A stretch of 64,000 nt of DNA. Origin: a virus. Positions 1-8,426 of this stretch are shown in pieces. The translations under genes and the position numbers were made by a program. The notes below the pieces were generated by a model. It was given only the letters and a program-made list of their open reading frames with translations. It made no database searches and was not told the DNA's origin. Location of the stretch: the IMG/VR virus record IMGVR_UViG_3300048507_000465, positions 1 through 64,000 of that record; one strand, written 5' to 3'. Numbering within the stretch: the first letter of the stretch is position 1; every line of letters starts with the position of its first letter.

Positions 1-1182
1 GGTATTAAAGGCCAACCAGGTGCAAGTCCTGCTAAAGGTGGTGATGGTGATGGAGGTCCTGCTGGTTCTGATGGTGACAAAGGTGCAAAAGGTTTGCCAG
101 GCTCAAATGGTACGCCAGGTAGTAATGGTAGTGATGGTAGTGATGGTAGTTCAGGCCCTCAAGGTTTACCAGGTAAAGATGGTAAAGATGGTACAGATGG
201 TAGTCCGGGTGGTCCAGGCCCTAAAGGAGAACCTGGAGGTAATGGAACACCAGGAAGTAATGGTAATGATGGTAGGGATGGTGGCCCAGGCCCTAAAGGC
301 CAACCAGGTGAAAGCGGAACACCAGGTATTGATGGTAGGGATGGTAGGGATGGTAGTTCAGGCCCTCTAGGTTTACCAGGTGAAAGTGGTAGAGATGGTA
401 CAAATGGTAGTCCGGGTAGCCCAGGCCCTAAAGGCCAACCAGGTGAAAGCGGAACACCGGGTGCTGATGCTGCCCCTGGTTCAAATGGTGGCCCAGGCCC
501 TAAAGGCCAACCAGGTGAAAGCGGAACACCAGGTATTGATGGCGGTAACGGTAAAGATGGTAGCGCAGGCCCTCAAGGTTTACCAGGTGAAGATGGTAGT
601 GACGGTTCTAATGGTACTCCAGGTAGCGCAGGCCCTCCAGGTAATCCAGGTGAAGATGGTTCAAATGGTACTCCAGGTAGTAATGGTTCAAATGGTACTC
701 CAGGCTCGAAAGGTCAACCTGGTGAAAATGGTTCAAATGGTACACCAGGTAGTAATGGTAGTGATGGTAAAGATGGTAGCGCAGGCCCTCAAGGTAATCC
801 AGGTGAAGATGGTTCAAATGGTTTAAACGGTGGCTCAGGACCTCAAGGTGATCCAGGTGAAACTGGTCCCACAGGACCTCAAGGTTGGACCGGTCCTAAG
901 GGGCAAAAAGGTGATGCAGGAGACATAGGACCTCCAGGATCTGGTGGCGGTGAGCCGAAAGAACAACACCGAATGACTAATTTTGATAGAGGTACTGCAT
1001 ATGGTACATATGAATGTGATGGTGTTTCGTATAGCTGGGCTTTAGGTTCAGGTCAAACTATTGATTTATGTGCTGATCCAGGTAGTGTAAAGTGTAATTA
1101 TGGTGGATGTAGAGGATTAAGAGTCCAGGTAATTAGCCTTTGTGAAACATGTGGACTGGGTGGAGACTTTGGAGAAAGGTAA
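1..1182 (+). CDS. Collagen-like (Gly-X-Y) fibre protein, 5'-truncated by the window edge; Cys-rich C-terminal domain
   Basis: Frame 1 is open from base 1 (GIKGQPGASPAKGGDG...). About 94 near-uninterrupted Gly-X-Y triplets from 91 to ~935, then a non-collagen tail with 6 Cys. The track start at 94 is only the first alternative start codon. Confidence 0.95.
   Translation, partial: GIKGQPGASPAKGGDGDGGPAGSDGDKGAKGLPGSNGTPGSNGSDGSDGSSGPQGLPGKDGKDGTDGSPGGPGPKGEPGGNGTPGSNGNDGRDGGPGPKGQPGESGTPGIDGRDGRDGSSGPLGLPGESGRDGTNGSPGSPGPKGQPGESGTPGADAAPGSNGGPGPKGQPGESGTPGIDGGNGKDGSAGPQGLPGEDGSDGSNGTPGSAGPPGNPGEDGSNGTPGSNGSNGTPGSKGQPGENGSNGTPGSNGSDGKDGSAGPQGNPGEDGSNGLNGGSGPQGDPGETGPTGPQGWTGPKGQKGDAGDIGPPGSGGGEPKEQHRMTNFDRGTAYGTYECDGVSYSWALGSGQTIDLCADPGSVKCNYGGCRGLRVQVISLCETCGLGGDFGER
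280..540 (+). repeat. Internal DNA duplications in the collagen gene
   Basis: ggtggcccaggccctaaaggccaaccaggtgaaagcggaacaccaggtattgat is identical at 280-333 and 487-540, with a partial copy at ~421-460. Confidence 0.85.
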
Positions 1183-1197
1183 ATAAAGTAAAGAATT

Positions 1198-1920
1198 ATG
1201 AATAATGTTGTATCAGATATAAGACTAATGTCTATAGAGTCTCTTGAACAGTCTATAGAAAAAATAAGACAATTACAGTCATACTATTTTCGTACAAATG
1301 AAACTGCTAGATCCTTTGGATGGGATAGTGAATCATTTTGGGAAAATGGTATTGAACCTAAGCATATTGGGTTAATGGCACAGGATCTTCAGGCTATAGA
1401 ACCACTTCTTGTAAATGAAATTGAATTTGCACCCGGATATTATAGAATAGAGTATAATCAGTTAAATGTTCTTTTAATCGAAGCTATAAAAAATTTAAAT
1501 ACTAGAGCAGAATCTATTAAACAAACTTTAGGTATGTCGGCGGCTGATACATTTTCTACAACTACTAAATCTGCAACATGGAGCTACAATCCAATTCAAT
1601 ATGAATTAGACACCTTAGGTGCTAAAGGAGCTAACTTTACTATAAATATTACAGAAACTAATCACAACAAGTTTTGGTGTAATTATACTATAAGTGGAAA
1701 TATATCTATTTCGGATTTTAATAACGAATCTGATTTTTTCCAGTTAGATAATGAAATGCATGGGAATGTTAATATAAAAAATGGAACTGGAAGTATACAT
1801 TTTGACTTTAAAAATTCAGCATGGAATGTTGGTAAAAATCTTACTATAACTCTATGGGAAAAAGATAGTGAAGGTATTTCTACAAGTTCACAGTCTATTA
1901 CTATACAATTACAGGATTAA
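1198..1920 (+). CDS. Stand-alone Peptidase_S74-like (fibre trimerisation chaperone) domain plus C-terminal Calx-beta/Ig-like domain
   Basis: SDIRL...IEKIRQLQSYYF...HIGLMAQDLQAIEPLLV...YRIEYNQLNVLLIEAIKNL is the S74 signature. The C-terminus (YTISG..SDF..GNVNIKNGTGSIHF..LTITL) resembles the Calx-beta-like repeat in the 56203 ORF. Confidence 0.8.
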   Translation: MNNVVSDIRLMSIESLEQSIEKIRQLQSYYFRTNETARSFGWDSESFWENGIEPKHIGLMAQDLQAIEPLLVNEIEFAPGYYRIEYNQLNVLLIEAIKNLNTRAESIKQTLGMSAADTFSTTTKSATWSYNPIQYELDTLGAKGANFTINITETNHNKFWCNYTISGNISISDFNNESDFFQLDNEMHGNVNIKNGTGSIHFDFKNSAWNVGKNLTITLWEKDSEGISTSSQSITIQLQD

Positions 1921-1923
1921 TAT

Positions 1924-1950
1924 AAACATTTTTCAATTTACTCATATAAT
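1924..1950 (+). promoter_or_regulatory. AAAC-N17-TATAA promoter-like motif (putative middle class)
   Basis: aaac-atttttcaatttactca-tataat; the same geometry recurs at 7 other sites. Confidence 0.7.
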
Positions 1951-1973
1951 ATGTAAATAATATATTATATCAT

Positions 1974-2597
1974 ATGAATAATCCTATACCTAAAAATGTT
2001 CTACAATATACTAAAGAAGTAGATCTTCAAAATTATTACTGGTTCCGAAATGCTTTTTCTAAAGAAGATGTAGATAAAGTATTAGACTTGTGCTCTCAAC
2101 TAGAAGAAACAAGAGCTGGTGTAATAGGAACTGAAAATGAAGATTTAGTAAGAACTTCTATAATAAAATGGATTCCTAAAACTGAAAATTTTCAGTGGAT
2201 ATATGAAAAATTAATGGCCCTTTCTGTTACGGCTAATAATGAAATGTGGAATTTTGATTTAGTATCTTCTTTAGAAAGTATACAATACACAGAATACTAT
2301 GCTTCAGAAAACGGACATTATGGTTGGCACCAAGATATAGGTACTGGTGAATTACCATCTAAAAGAAAGGTATCAATTACTATTCAGCTTTCGGAAGATG
2401 ATGAATATGAAGGTGGTGATCTACAAATATGTACTGGCGGTTTAGGAGATGGTAATTTAGATAGAACTAAAACATGTCCAAGAGGAAAGGGTGTCGGTGT
2501 TTTATTTCCAAGTTATATGATGCATAGAGTTACTCCTGTAACTAAAGGTGTTAGAAAAAGTCTAGTACTTTGGGTAGGCGGAAGCTCATATAGATAA
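1974..2597 (+). CDS. 2OG-Fe(II) oxygenase, PKHD/prolyl-4-hydroxylase-like
   Basis: HxD (GWHQD), RKVSITIQLS, YEGGDL, distal His (HRVTPV) and 2OG-binding Arg (RKSLVLW). Confidence 0.9.
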   Translation: MNNPIPKNVLQYTKEVDLQNYYWFRNAFSKEDVDKVLDLCSQLEETRAGVIGTENEDLVRTSIIKWIPKTENFQWIYEKLMALSVTANNEMWNFDLVSSLESIQYTEYYASENGHYGWHQDIGTGELPSKRKVSITIQLSEDDEYEGGDLQICTGGLGDGNLDRTKTCPRGKGVGVLFPSYMMHRVTPVTKGVRKSLVLWVGGSSYR

Positions 2598-2604
2598 TTT
2601 TAAT

Positions 2605-3678
2605 ATGAAAATACTTTTTTGGGTAGGTTACTATAAAAATAACTGGGGGCCAGATTCAACTAACTTAGCAGGTTCAGAAATTGCTACAATAAATATTGTA
2701 GAAAATTTAAAACTTTTTGGCCATGAGATTGTAGTGTCTGGTGATGTTATAGATTCTCATAAAAATGGTGTAACATGGTGTAACCTAGATAAAATACATA
2801 AAAATCATTTTGATTCTTTTGATATTATAGTAGGTCTTAATTATGCAAACGTTGTAAAGGAATTTGAAAAGTATAATTGCAAAAAGATTTTATGGGCTCA
2901 TAACACAGAAATTTACAAATGGTGGAGAGGTAAAGAATTAGAAGATTATGATAGCATATTAGACTATCGTACTAAACAAATAGATAAGATTATATGTTTA
3001 ACTAGCTGGCATGTTAATGCTATTCACAAATGGCACAGTTGGCATAGTGACTCTACTGAAATAATTGCAAATGGGATTAATAAAAAAGATTTTATAGGTA
3101 GGCCTAATAAAAAGATAAATAGTTTTATATGGTCCTCCGCGGTAGATAGGGGTCTAGAAGATTTACTTAAAAATTGGCATAAAATAAAATCAGTTTTACC
3201 AAATGCAACTTTAAAAGTATTCTTTCCTGAATATAGTTATCAAGTATCTCCGGAACTGACTAATAAAATAGTAAACTCTAAAGAAGAATTAATCAATATA
3301 GGTATAGAAATTATAGGTCCTGTAGATCAAAAAACATTACATGACGCAATGTTAAGATCAGAATATTGGTGTTATCTAACTGACTATGAAGAAACATATT
3401 GTATTACTGCTTTAGAAATGCAATATGCTGGAGTATTACCCATAGTTACTAAAGTTGCTGCATTAAAAGAAACAGTAATAAGCGGTATCATGTTAGAAAA
3501 TACGGAAACAAAATGGGACGATTTAGTAAAAACATTATCTAAGCTTTCGCCTTCTCTTAAAAAGTTTTCTCAAAATAAAGCTATAGAATGGGCAAGTAGA
3601 CAAACATGGTATTCTAGATCTATAGAGTGGGATAGCCTACTTAAACATTTAGTAAAAGAAGATAAAAATAAAATATGA
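2605..3678 (+). CDS. GT4-like (GT-B) glycosyltransferase
   Basis: AGSE N-terminal motif, LWAHN, IIANGI, WSSAVDRGL, EETYCITALEMQYAG (E-x7-E). Confidence 0.85.
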   Translation: MKILFWVGYYKNNWGPDSTNLAGSEIATINIVENLKLFGHEIVVSGDVIDSHKNGVTWCNLDKIHKNHFDSFDIIVGLNYANVVKEFEKYNCKKILWAHNTEIYKWWRGKELEDYDSILDYRTKQIDKIICLTSWHVNAIHKWHSWHSDSTEIIANGINKKDFIGRPNKKINSFIWSSAVDRGLEDLLKNWHKIKSVLPNATLKVFFPEYSYQVSPELTNKIVNSKEELINIGIEIIGPVDQKTLHDAMLRSEYWCYLTDYEETYCITALEMQYAGVLPIVTKVAALKETVISGIMLENTETKWDDLVKTLSKLSPSLKKFSQNKAIEWASRQTWYSRSIEWDSLLKHLVKEDKNKI

Positions 3679-4991
3679 AAATAGATAAAATTTATGTAAT
3701 ATCTTTAGATGCTGGAGTTGTTTCAGCACAAGATAGAATAGTTAATAAGTTAAGAGATTTTAAATTTAAAAATCAAACGCCTTATGAAATTATGCAGGCA
3801 TATGATGCTAGGACCGGTGATTTTCCGGATGGAGTTTCAACATATCAAAGCTGGAATTTAGGTAAAGATAATTGGAATGAATGGTGGCAAAGAGATGTAT
3901 TACCAGGTGAAGTTGGATGTGGTATTAGTCACTCTATGATTTGGAAGAAAATGATAGAAGAGGGAGTAGAACGTGCATTAATATTAGAAGATGATTTTAA
4001 AACTAAAAATAGTATTGATGATTTACCAGAACCTCAAAATCCATTTGATCTGATATGGTTAGGCAGGGGCGTAATAAATAAAGATGAATCTAGTATGGGA
4101 GATTGTTGGGTTAAGCCTAAAAATTCATATAGAACACATTCATACTTATTAACATTAGAGGGTGCTAAAAAATTAGCAAATACAAACTACTTTAATAATA
4201 TAATTCCAGTAGATGAGTTTTTATCAGCATGTACATATTCGCATAGAAGACCTGATATTGTTAAATTATTTCCACCTATATTAAATGCATTAGCACATAA
4301 AGACGAACATTTTACATGGCAAGATAGATCAAAAGCTGAATCTACAATAGAATCAATACAAAAACCTGATTATGGTAATTTTGAAGTATTAGACGATTCG
4401 GATTGGGAAGCTTGGAAGGAGAAGTATTTAAATTTAACTACATTAAAGGGTGAATGGGATTTAATGGTTGATGATTTAGGACATAATATATATGAGTTTC
4501 CACTATTTACAGAAAGATTTTGTAGAGAAATAGTGGCTATGGCAGAAGCTAAAGATAAGTGGACTATTGATAGACATGCTAATTATCCTACAAATGATGT
4601 ATTGTTAAATGAGATAGGACTTAATAATATCTATGATAGAGTTTTACATGAAGTGGTTAGACCTCTTTGTATTCATTTATGGAAATTAGAAGGACCTTCA
4701 TGGGATGCTTTTTCTAATGAAAACTTTATGGCAAGATATACTATGTCTAGACAATCACATCTAGCGCTACACCATGATAGAAGCCACTTAACGTTAGTTG
4801 TAAAACTTAATGATGAATTTGATGGTGGAGGAACTTGGTTCCCTAAATATAATCTATTATCAAATCCAGAACGTATTGGTACTGCAACAATCCATCCTGG
4901 AATGATTACACACCAACATGGCGCAAGGCCAATATATGCAGGTAGAAGATATATTGCAGTATCTTTTATTAGAACACATGATGAACCTTAA
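3675..4991 (+). CDS. Fusion: GT25 (COLGALT-like galactosyltransferase) + PLOD-type lysyl hydroxylase domain
   Basis: N-half: IYVISL, GEVGCGISH, LILEDD, DLIWLGR, SYLLTLEGAKKL, IIPVDEFL. C-half: IYEFPLFTERFC, YPTNDVLLNEIG, FMARY..RQSHLALHHDRS, GGGTWFPKYN, IHPGMITHQH, RRYIAVSFI. The C-half matches the PLOD C-terminus as recalled (FPIFTE..C, FVVRY, LMPHHDAS, HPGRLTHYH, RYIAVSFV). Confidence 0.88.
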   Translation: MKIDKIYVISLDAGVVSAQDRIVNKLRDFKFKNQTPYEIMQAYDARTGDFPDGVSTYQSWNLGKDNWNEWWQRDVLPGEVGCGISHSMIWKKMIEEGVERALILEDDFKTKNSIDDLPEPQNPFDLIWLGRGVINKDESSMGDCWVKPKNSYRTHSYLLTLEGAKKLANTNYFNNIIPVDEFLSACTYSHRRPDIVKLFPPILNALAHKDEHFTWQDRSKAESTIESIQKPDYGNFEVLDDSDWEAWKEKYLNLTTLKGEWDLMVDDLGHNIYEFPLFTERFCREIVAMAEAKDKWTIDRHANYPTNDVLLNEIGLNNIYDRVLHEVVRPLCIHLWKLEGPSWDAFSNENFMARYTMSRQSHLALHHDRSHLTLVVKLNDEFDGGGTWFPKYNLLSNPERIGTATIHPGMITHQHGARPIYAGRRYIAVSFIRTHDEP

Positions 4992-5006
4992 ATAATAAAT
5001 AATAAA

Positions 5007-5864
5007 ATGATAAACACTAGCATATTTTTTGCAGATCCACAATCTGATCCAGAAAGAATGGCGATTTCTCCTAGTAAAAATTGGGGAGATGTGATTTCTT
5101 ACATGTTGATTAAATATTTTTCTAAAAGTAATAAAATTGCGCCGGAAGATGTTTTTTGGTTTGATCCGAATGGTGTGCAGTTACTTAAAAATGGAAAAAT
5201 TCTAGCAGTTGGAAGTGCTATGAAATTTACTAAACCAAATGATTTAGTTTGGGGAACTGGAGTTATTTCTCCTGGAACAATAGGCGACATTCCTAAAAAA
5301 GTATATGCTGTACGGGGGCCTTTAAGTAAAAATGAAATGATTAAAAAAGGAATTAAAGTTCCTGAAATATATGGAGATCCCGCACTTCTTTTTCCAAAAA
5401 TATACAATCCATCAAATGTAATTAGAAAGAAACATAAACTTGGTATTATACCTCATTATATAGATTATGTAGATTCTAATGTAATAGATAGGCTAAAAGA
5501 ACTTGAACAACAAGGCATTAAAATTATTAATATAACAGCAGGTGTATTTCATTTTATAGATGAAATATTATCATGTGAAAAAATAGTATCTTCAACATTA
5601 CACGGTCTAATTGCTGCAGATGCTTATGGAATACCAAATGCTAGAATTAAACTTTCTAATAGAATACAAGGCGGTAATTTTAAATATGATGATTACTATG
5701 CATCAATACATAGACCTAGTTTGTTAAACAATATAAATATATTTGAACCAATAAATTTAAATACTTTAATGAATTTACAGTTTAATTGTGAATTTAATCT
5801 AGATTTAGATTTATTATTGAATAACTCTCCATGGATGGATCCAGATAATAAAGACTATTTTTAA
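5007..5864 (+). CDS. Polysaccharide pyruvyl transferase (ExoV-like)
   Basis: NWGD, AVGS, VWGTG, AVRGPLS, YGDPALL, GIIPHY, SSTLHGLIAADAYGIP. Confidence 0.88.
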   Translation: MINTSIFFADPQSDPERMAISPSKNWGDVISYMLIKYFSKSNKIAPEDVFWFDPNGVQLLKNGKILAVGSAMKFTKPNDLVWGTGVISPGTIGDIPKKVYAVRGPLSKNEMIKKGIKVPEIYGDPALLFPKIYNPSNVIRKKHKLGIIPHYIDYVDSNVIDRLKELEQQGIKIINITAGVFHFIDEILSCEKIVSSTLHGLIAADAYGIPNARIKLSNRIQGGNFKYDDYYASIHRPSLLNNINIFEPINLNTLMNLQFNCEFNLDLDLLLNNSPWMDPDNKDYF

Positions 5865-5886
5865 TAATACATGAAACACAAATAAT

Positions 5887-6315
5887 ATGAAAAAAGAATT
5901 AAATTTAAAATCAATAACAGGAGATGATGGACATCTTGTTTCTCCAGTTTTAAATAAAGGATGTAAAAATTACTTAATTGATATTGATGGTACAGTTACA
6001 GATGATGTACCAAACGAAGAACCAGAGAGAATGTCAGTAGTCTTACCGTATCAGGGATCTGTAGAGACTCTTAATAAATGGTATGACGAAGGACATGTAA
6101 TTACTTTCTTTACTTCAAGAACTGAAGAGGTAAGAGATATTACAGAGACTTGGTTAAATAAGCATGGATTCAAATACCATGGTCTACTAATGGGTAAACC
6201 TAGAGGTGGTAACTATCACTGGGTTGATAACCATATTGTCAAAGGTACAAGATATGAAGGTAAATGGGCTGATTTGGTTAGAGAAGAAAGAACTATAGAA
6301 GTATTTCCTTCTTAA
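5887..6315 (+). CDS. HAD-superfamily phosphatase, Flavobacteria-like
   Basis: YLIDIDGT (DxDGT), FFTSR, GKPRGG, WVDN. Confidence 0.8.
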   Translation: MKKELNLKSITGDDGHLVSPVLNKGCKNYLIDIDGTVTDDVPNEEPERMSVVLPYQGSVETLNKWYDEGHVITFFTSRTEEVRDITETWLNKHGFKYHGLLMGKPRGGNYHWVDNHIVKGTRYEGKWADLVREERTIEVFPS

Positions 6316-6324
6316 AGTATCATA

Positions 6325-6334
6325 GATATATAAT
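6325..6334 (+). promoter_or_regulatory. GATATATAAT late-promoter-like motif, 12 nt before ATG
   Basis: gatatataat-ct-ATG(6337). Confidence 0.7.
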
Positions 6335-6336
6335 CT

Positions 6337-7263
6337 ATGATTATTAAAAATCTTAAATCATTTATTGCTGAACGTGAAGGAGGCTTGCATAAAGTTATTA
6401 TGTGTGTATCTACTGAACTTACAGATTTTAAATACGTTACTGATGATAGCTGTTTTGCAAATCGGTATATGGAATTATTTACTAAAGGTAGTAAACCTAA
6501 AGTAGCTAATTTGCCAGTAATTAACTTTTGTAACATTCATACTAAAACGTTATTAGATGCTGGAACTCCAAAGGAATTAATCTATAATCCCGAAGAGAAA
6601 AAGATGGAAATCGCATCTAAAGTAAAGTGGCACAAAACTCACGCAAATTCAAAGCACGTTCCTAATACAGTTTCTGATGAAAAAGATTTAAATCAGTTAA
6701 AGTTCCCTATCATAGCGAAACCTGATAACAGATATTCAGGCCAGGGTATTATTAAAATAGATACTATTAAAGAAGCTAATGATATGGATCTTTCTGACTT
6801 TGAAGTTTTTAGTGAGAAGATAGACATCGCTGAAGAACATAGAATAATGATGTGGAGGGGTGAGCCTGTTATGTGGGTACAAAGAGTACACGGTAACGAG
6901 GAGACCAAAAAGATGACAAAGAAGAAAGAAGATAAGTTATATTTTAAATATGTCTTAAAGGATTTAAAGAATATGCCAGAAGATTGGCAGGTTGTATTTA
7001 ATGAAATGGCAGACGTTCATAAAGAACTAGACATATATTCAATAGACCTAATGGTTGACACTAAAGGAAAACCTTGGGTAGTAGAGATGTCTTCTGAATT
7101 TGCGCCTCTTTATGGTGTAATGGCACAACTTTACAAAAAAGTCTATCATGATTATTATGGTAAAAAATTAAATCCGAGCGAAGAAGCACAGATAGATATG
7201 TACCAAAAGAAAGATATTGAAAGCACAATTAACTTTGATAAAAAAAGATTTAGTATAGAGTAA
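6337..7263 (+). CDS. ATP-grasp (RimK-like) protein with capsid-targeting-like N-terminus
   Basis: FPIIAKPDNRYSGQGI, EEHRIMM, SIDLMVDTKGKPWVVEMSS; N-terminus MIIKNLKSFIAE. Confidence 0.75.
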   Translation: MIIKNLKSFIAEREGGLHKVIMCVSTELTDFKYVTDDSCFANRYMELFTKGSKPKVANLPVINFCNIHTKTLLDAGTPKELIYNPEEKKMEIASKVKWHKTHANSKHVPNTVSDEKDLNQLKFPIIAKPDNRYSGQGIIKIDTIKEANDMDLSDFEVFSEKIDIAEEHRIMMWRGEPVMWVQRVHGNEETKKMTKKKEDKLYFKYVLKDLKNMPEDWQVVFNEMADVHKELDIYSIDLMVDTKGKPWVVEMSSEFAPLYGVMAQLYKKVYHDYYGKKLNPSEEAQIDMYQKKDIESTINFDKKRFSIE

Positions 7264-7265
7264 TT

Positions 7266-7505
7266 ATGGCTAAAACAGATTATAGATGTATGCAAATATG
7301 TATTTGGTTACACCATATGCATGTAGATCCTATGTTTGATTTTTTAAACGGTAGGATTAAAGAAGCACCTGACTATTATCTTAGCCATGATGTTGTACCA
7401 AGTTCTATTACAGGTGGTTATGTTCAAATCGCACTTTCTTTTGAAGCTTATTCTTTACTAACCTCTACTAAGGACTGGGAAGCTTCTAACGGTTGGATGA
7501 CTTAA
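7266..7505 (+). CDS. Hypothetical protein
   Basis: 79-aa ORF packed directly after the ATP-grasp gene. Confidence 0.65.
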   Translation: MAKTDYRCMQICIWLHHMHVDPMFDFLNGRIKEAPDYYLSHDVVPSSITGGYVQIALSFEAYSLLTSTKDWEASNGWMT

Positions 7506-7515
7506 ACGACAAATT

Positions 7516-7620
7516 ATGAAAAAAAATGAAAGAAAGGATTACCTATTAAACCACAAAGGCAAGAAGTATAAAGCCGATAGTTTTATAGGATTAATCTGGA
7601 AGTTTTTAAGAAACAAATAA
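7516..7620 (+). CDS. Small hypothetical protein (34 aa, not in track)
   Basis: MKKNERKDYLLNHKGKKYKADSFIGLIWKFLRNK*; fills the gap before the terminator. Confidence 0.5.
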   Translation: MKKNERKDYLLNHKGKKYKADSFIGLIWKFLRNK

Positions 7621-7637
7621 GACTTCGAACGTATAAA
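7611..7637 (+). promoter_or_regulatory. AAAC-N17-TATAA motif
   Basis: aaac-aaataagacttcgaacg-tataaa upstream of the exonuclease. Confidence 0.7.
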
Positions 7638-7638
7638 G

Positions 7639-7666
7639 AACACTTAGTTAACGCTAAGTGTTTTTT
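7639..7666 (+). terminator. Intrinsic terminator
   Basis: aacacttag-ttaacg-ctaagtgtt followed by a T-run. Confidence 0.75.
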
Positions 7667-7694
7667 AGTATAAAAGGATTAAAGATTTAAAAAG

Positions 7695-8426
7695 ATGTAC
7701 ACAATAGACGAATTAAAACAAATGATATTCATTGACATTGAGACCGCAACTCAGAAAGAGACGTTTCAAGAGATTATCGATGAGAACCCAGAATTAGAAC
7801 AGTATTGGAACCTAAAGACTATGCAGTTGGTTCAGAAGAACCCAGTTGAATTGGCAGAGTTTGAAGATCCACATAAGATGTTTCCAAGAATGGCTGGTTT
7901 AAATCCAGAATGGGGTAGAATTGTTTGTATCTCTATTGGTCAATTACAATTTGATGAAACAGGCTTTCCTAATGGTTTTAAGGCTGTCTCATTCAATGGC
8001 ACTGATGAAGGTAAGATACTAAAGGATTTTCACGATATGTCCTCTAAGATCATGCAAAAGTACCCAGGAATGAAATGGGTAGGTCACTTTATCAAAGGTT
8101 TTGATATGCCTTATATAATTAAAAGATCGTTGATTAATAATGTAAAAGTACCAAGGCACTTCCATCTACATAAAATGAAGCCTTGGGAAAACTGCCTCTT
8201 AGATACAAAAGAGGTTTGGCAATTCGGAGGTTGGGACTCTGCTAAACTAGGACTCATCTCAGAAGTCCTAGGCATCCCCTCTCCAAAAGATGCAATGTCA
8301 GGTTCAGAAGTTTCTGAATATTACTGGAATGACAGACACGATGAGATAAAAACTTATTGTGAGAAAGATATTAAGGCTACCGCAAATGTCATATTAAAAA
8401 TGTCCGGTATGCCAATATGTCACTAA
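7695..8426 (+). CDS. DnaQ/PolB-like 3'-5' exonuclease (Bacteroidota type)
   Basis: FIDIET (ExoI), GHFIKGFDMPY (ExoII), YCEKDI (ExoIII). Confidence 0.88.
   Translation: MYTIDELKQMIFIDIETATQKETFQEIIDENPELEQYWNLKTMQLVQKNPVELAEFEDPHKMFPRMAGLNPEWGRIVCISIGQLQFDETGFPNGFKAVSFNGTDEGKILKDFHDMSSKIMQKYPGMKWVGHFIKGFDMPYIIKRSLINNVKVPRHFHLHKMKPWENCLLDTKEVWQFGGWDSAKLGLISEVLGIPSPKDAMSGSEVSEYYWNDRHDEIKTYCEKDIKATANVILKMSGMPICH

Noticed and set aside
20-826. Track ORFs 20..370, 380..826 (+) and 608..817 (-), rich in MV/QAL or HL repeats
   Set aside because: Shadow frames of the ggt-rich collagen repeat.
1180-1200. Possible readthrough fusing the collagen to the in-frame S74 ORF
   Set aside because: Two in-frame TAA stops lie between them (agg TAA ata aag TAA aga att ATG).
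1-5864. Eukaryotic or giant-virus origin suggested by the collagen, PLOD and GNA1 genes
   Set aside because: The contig carries T4-like baseplate and neck genes, bS21/bS1, PhoH, operon-style overlaps and intrinsic terminators, which indicate a bacteriophage.
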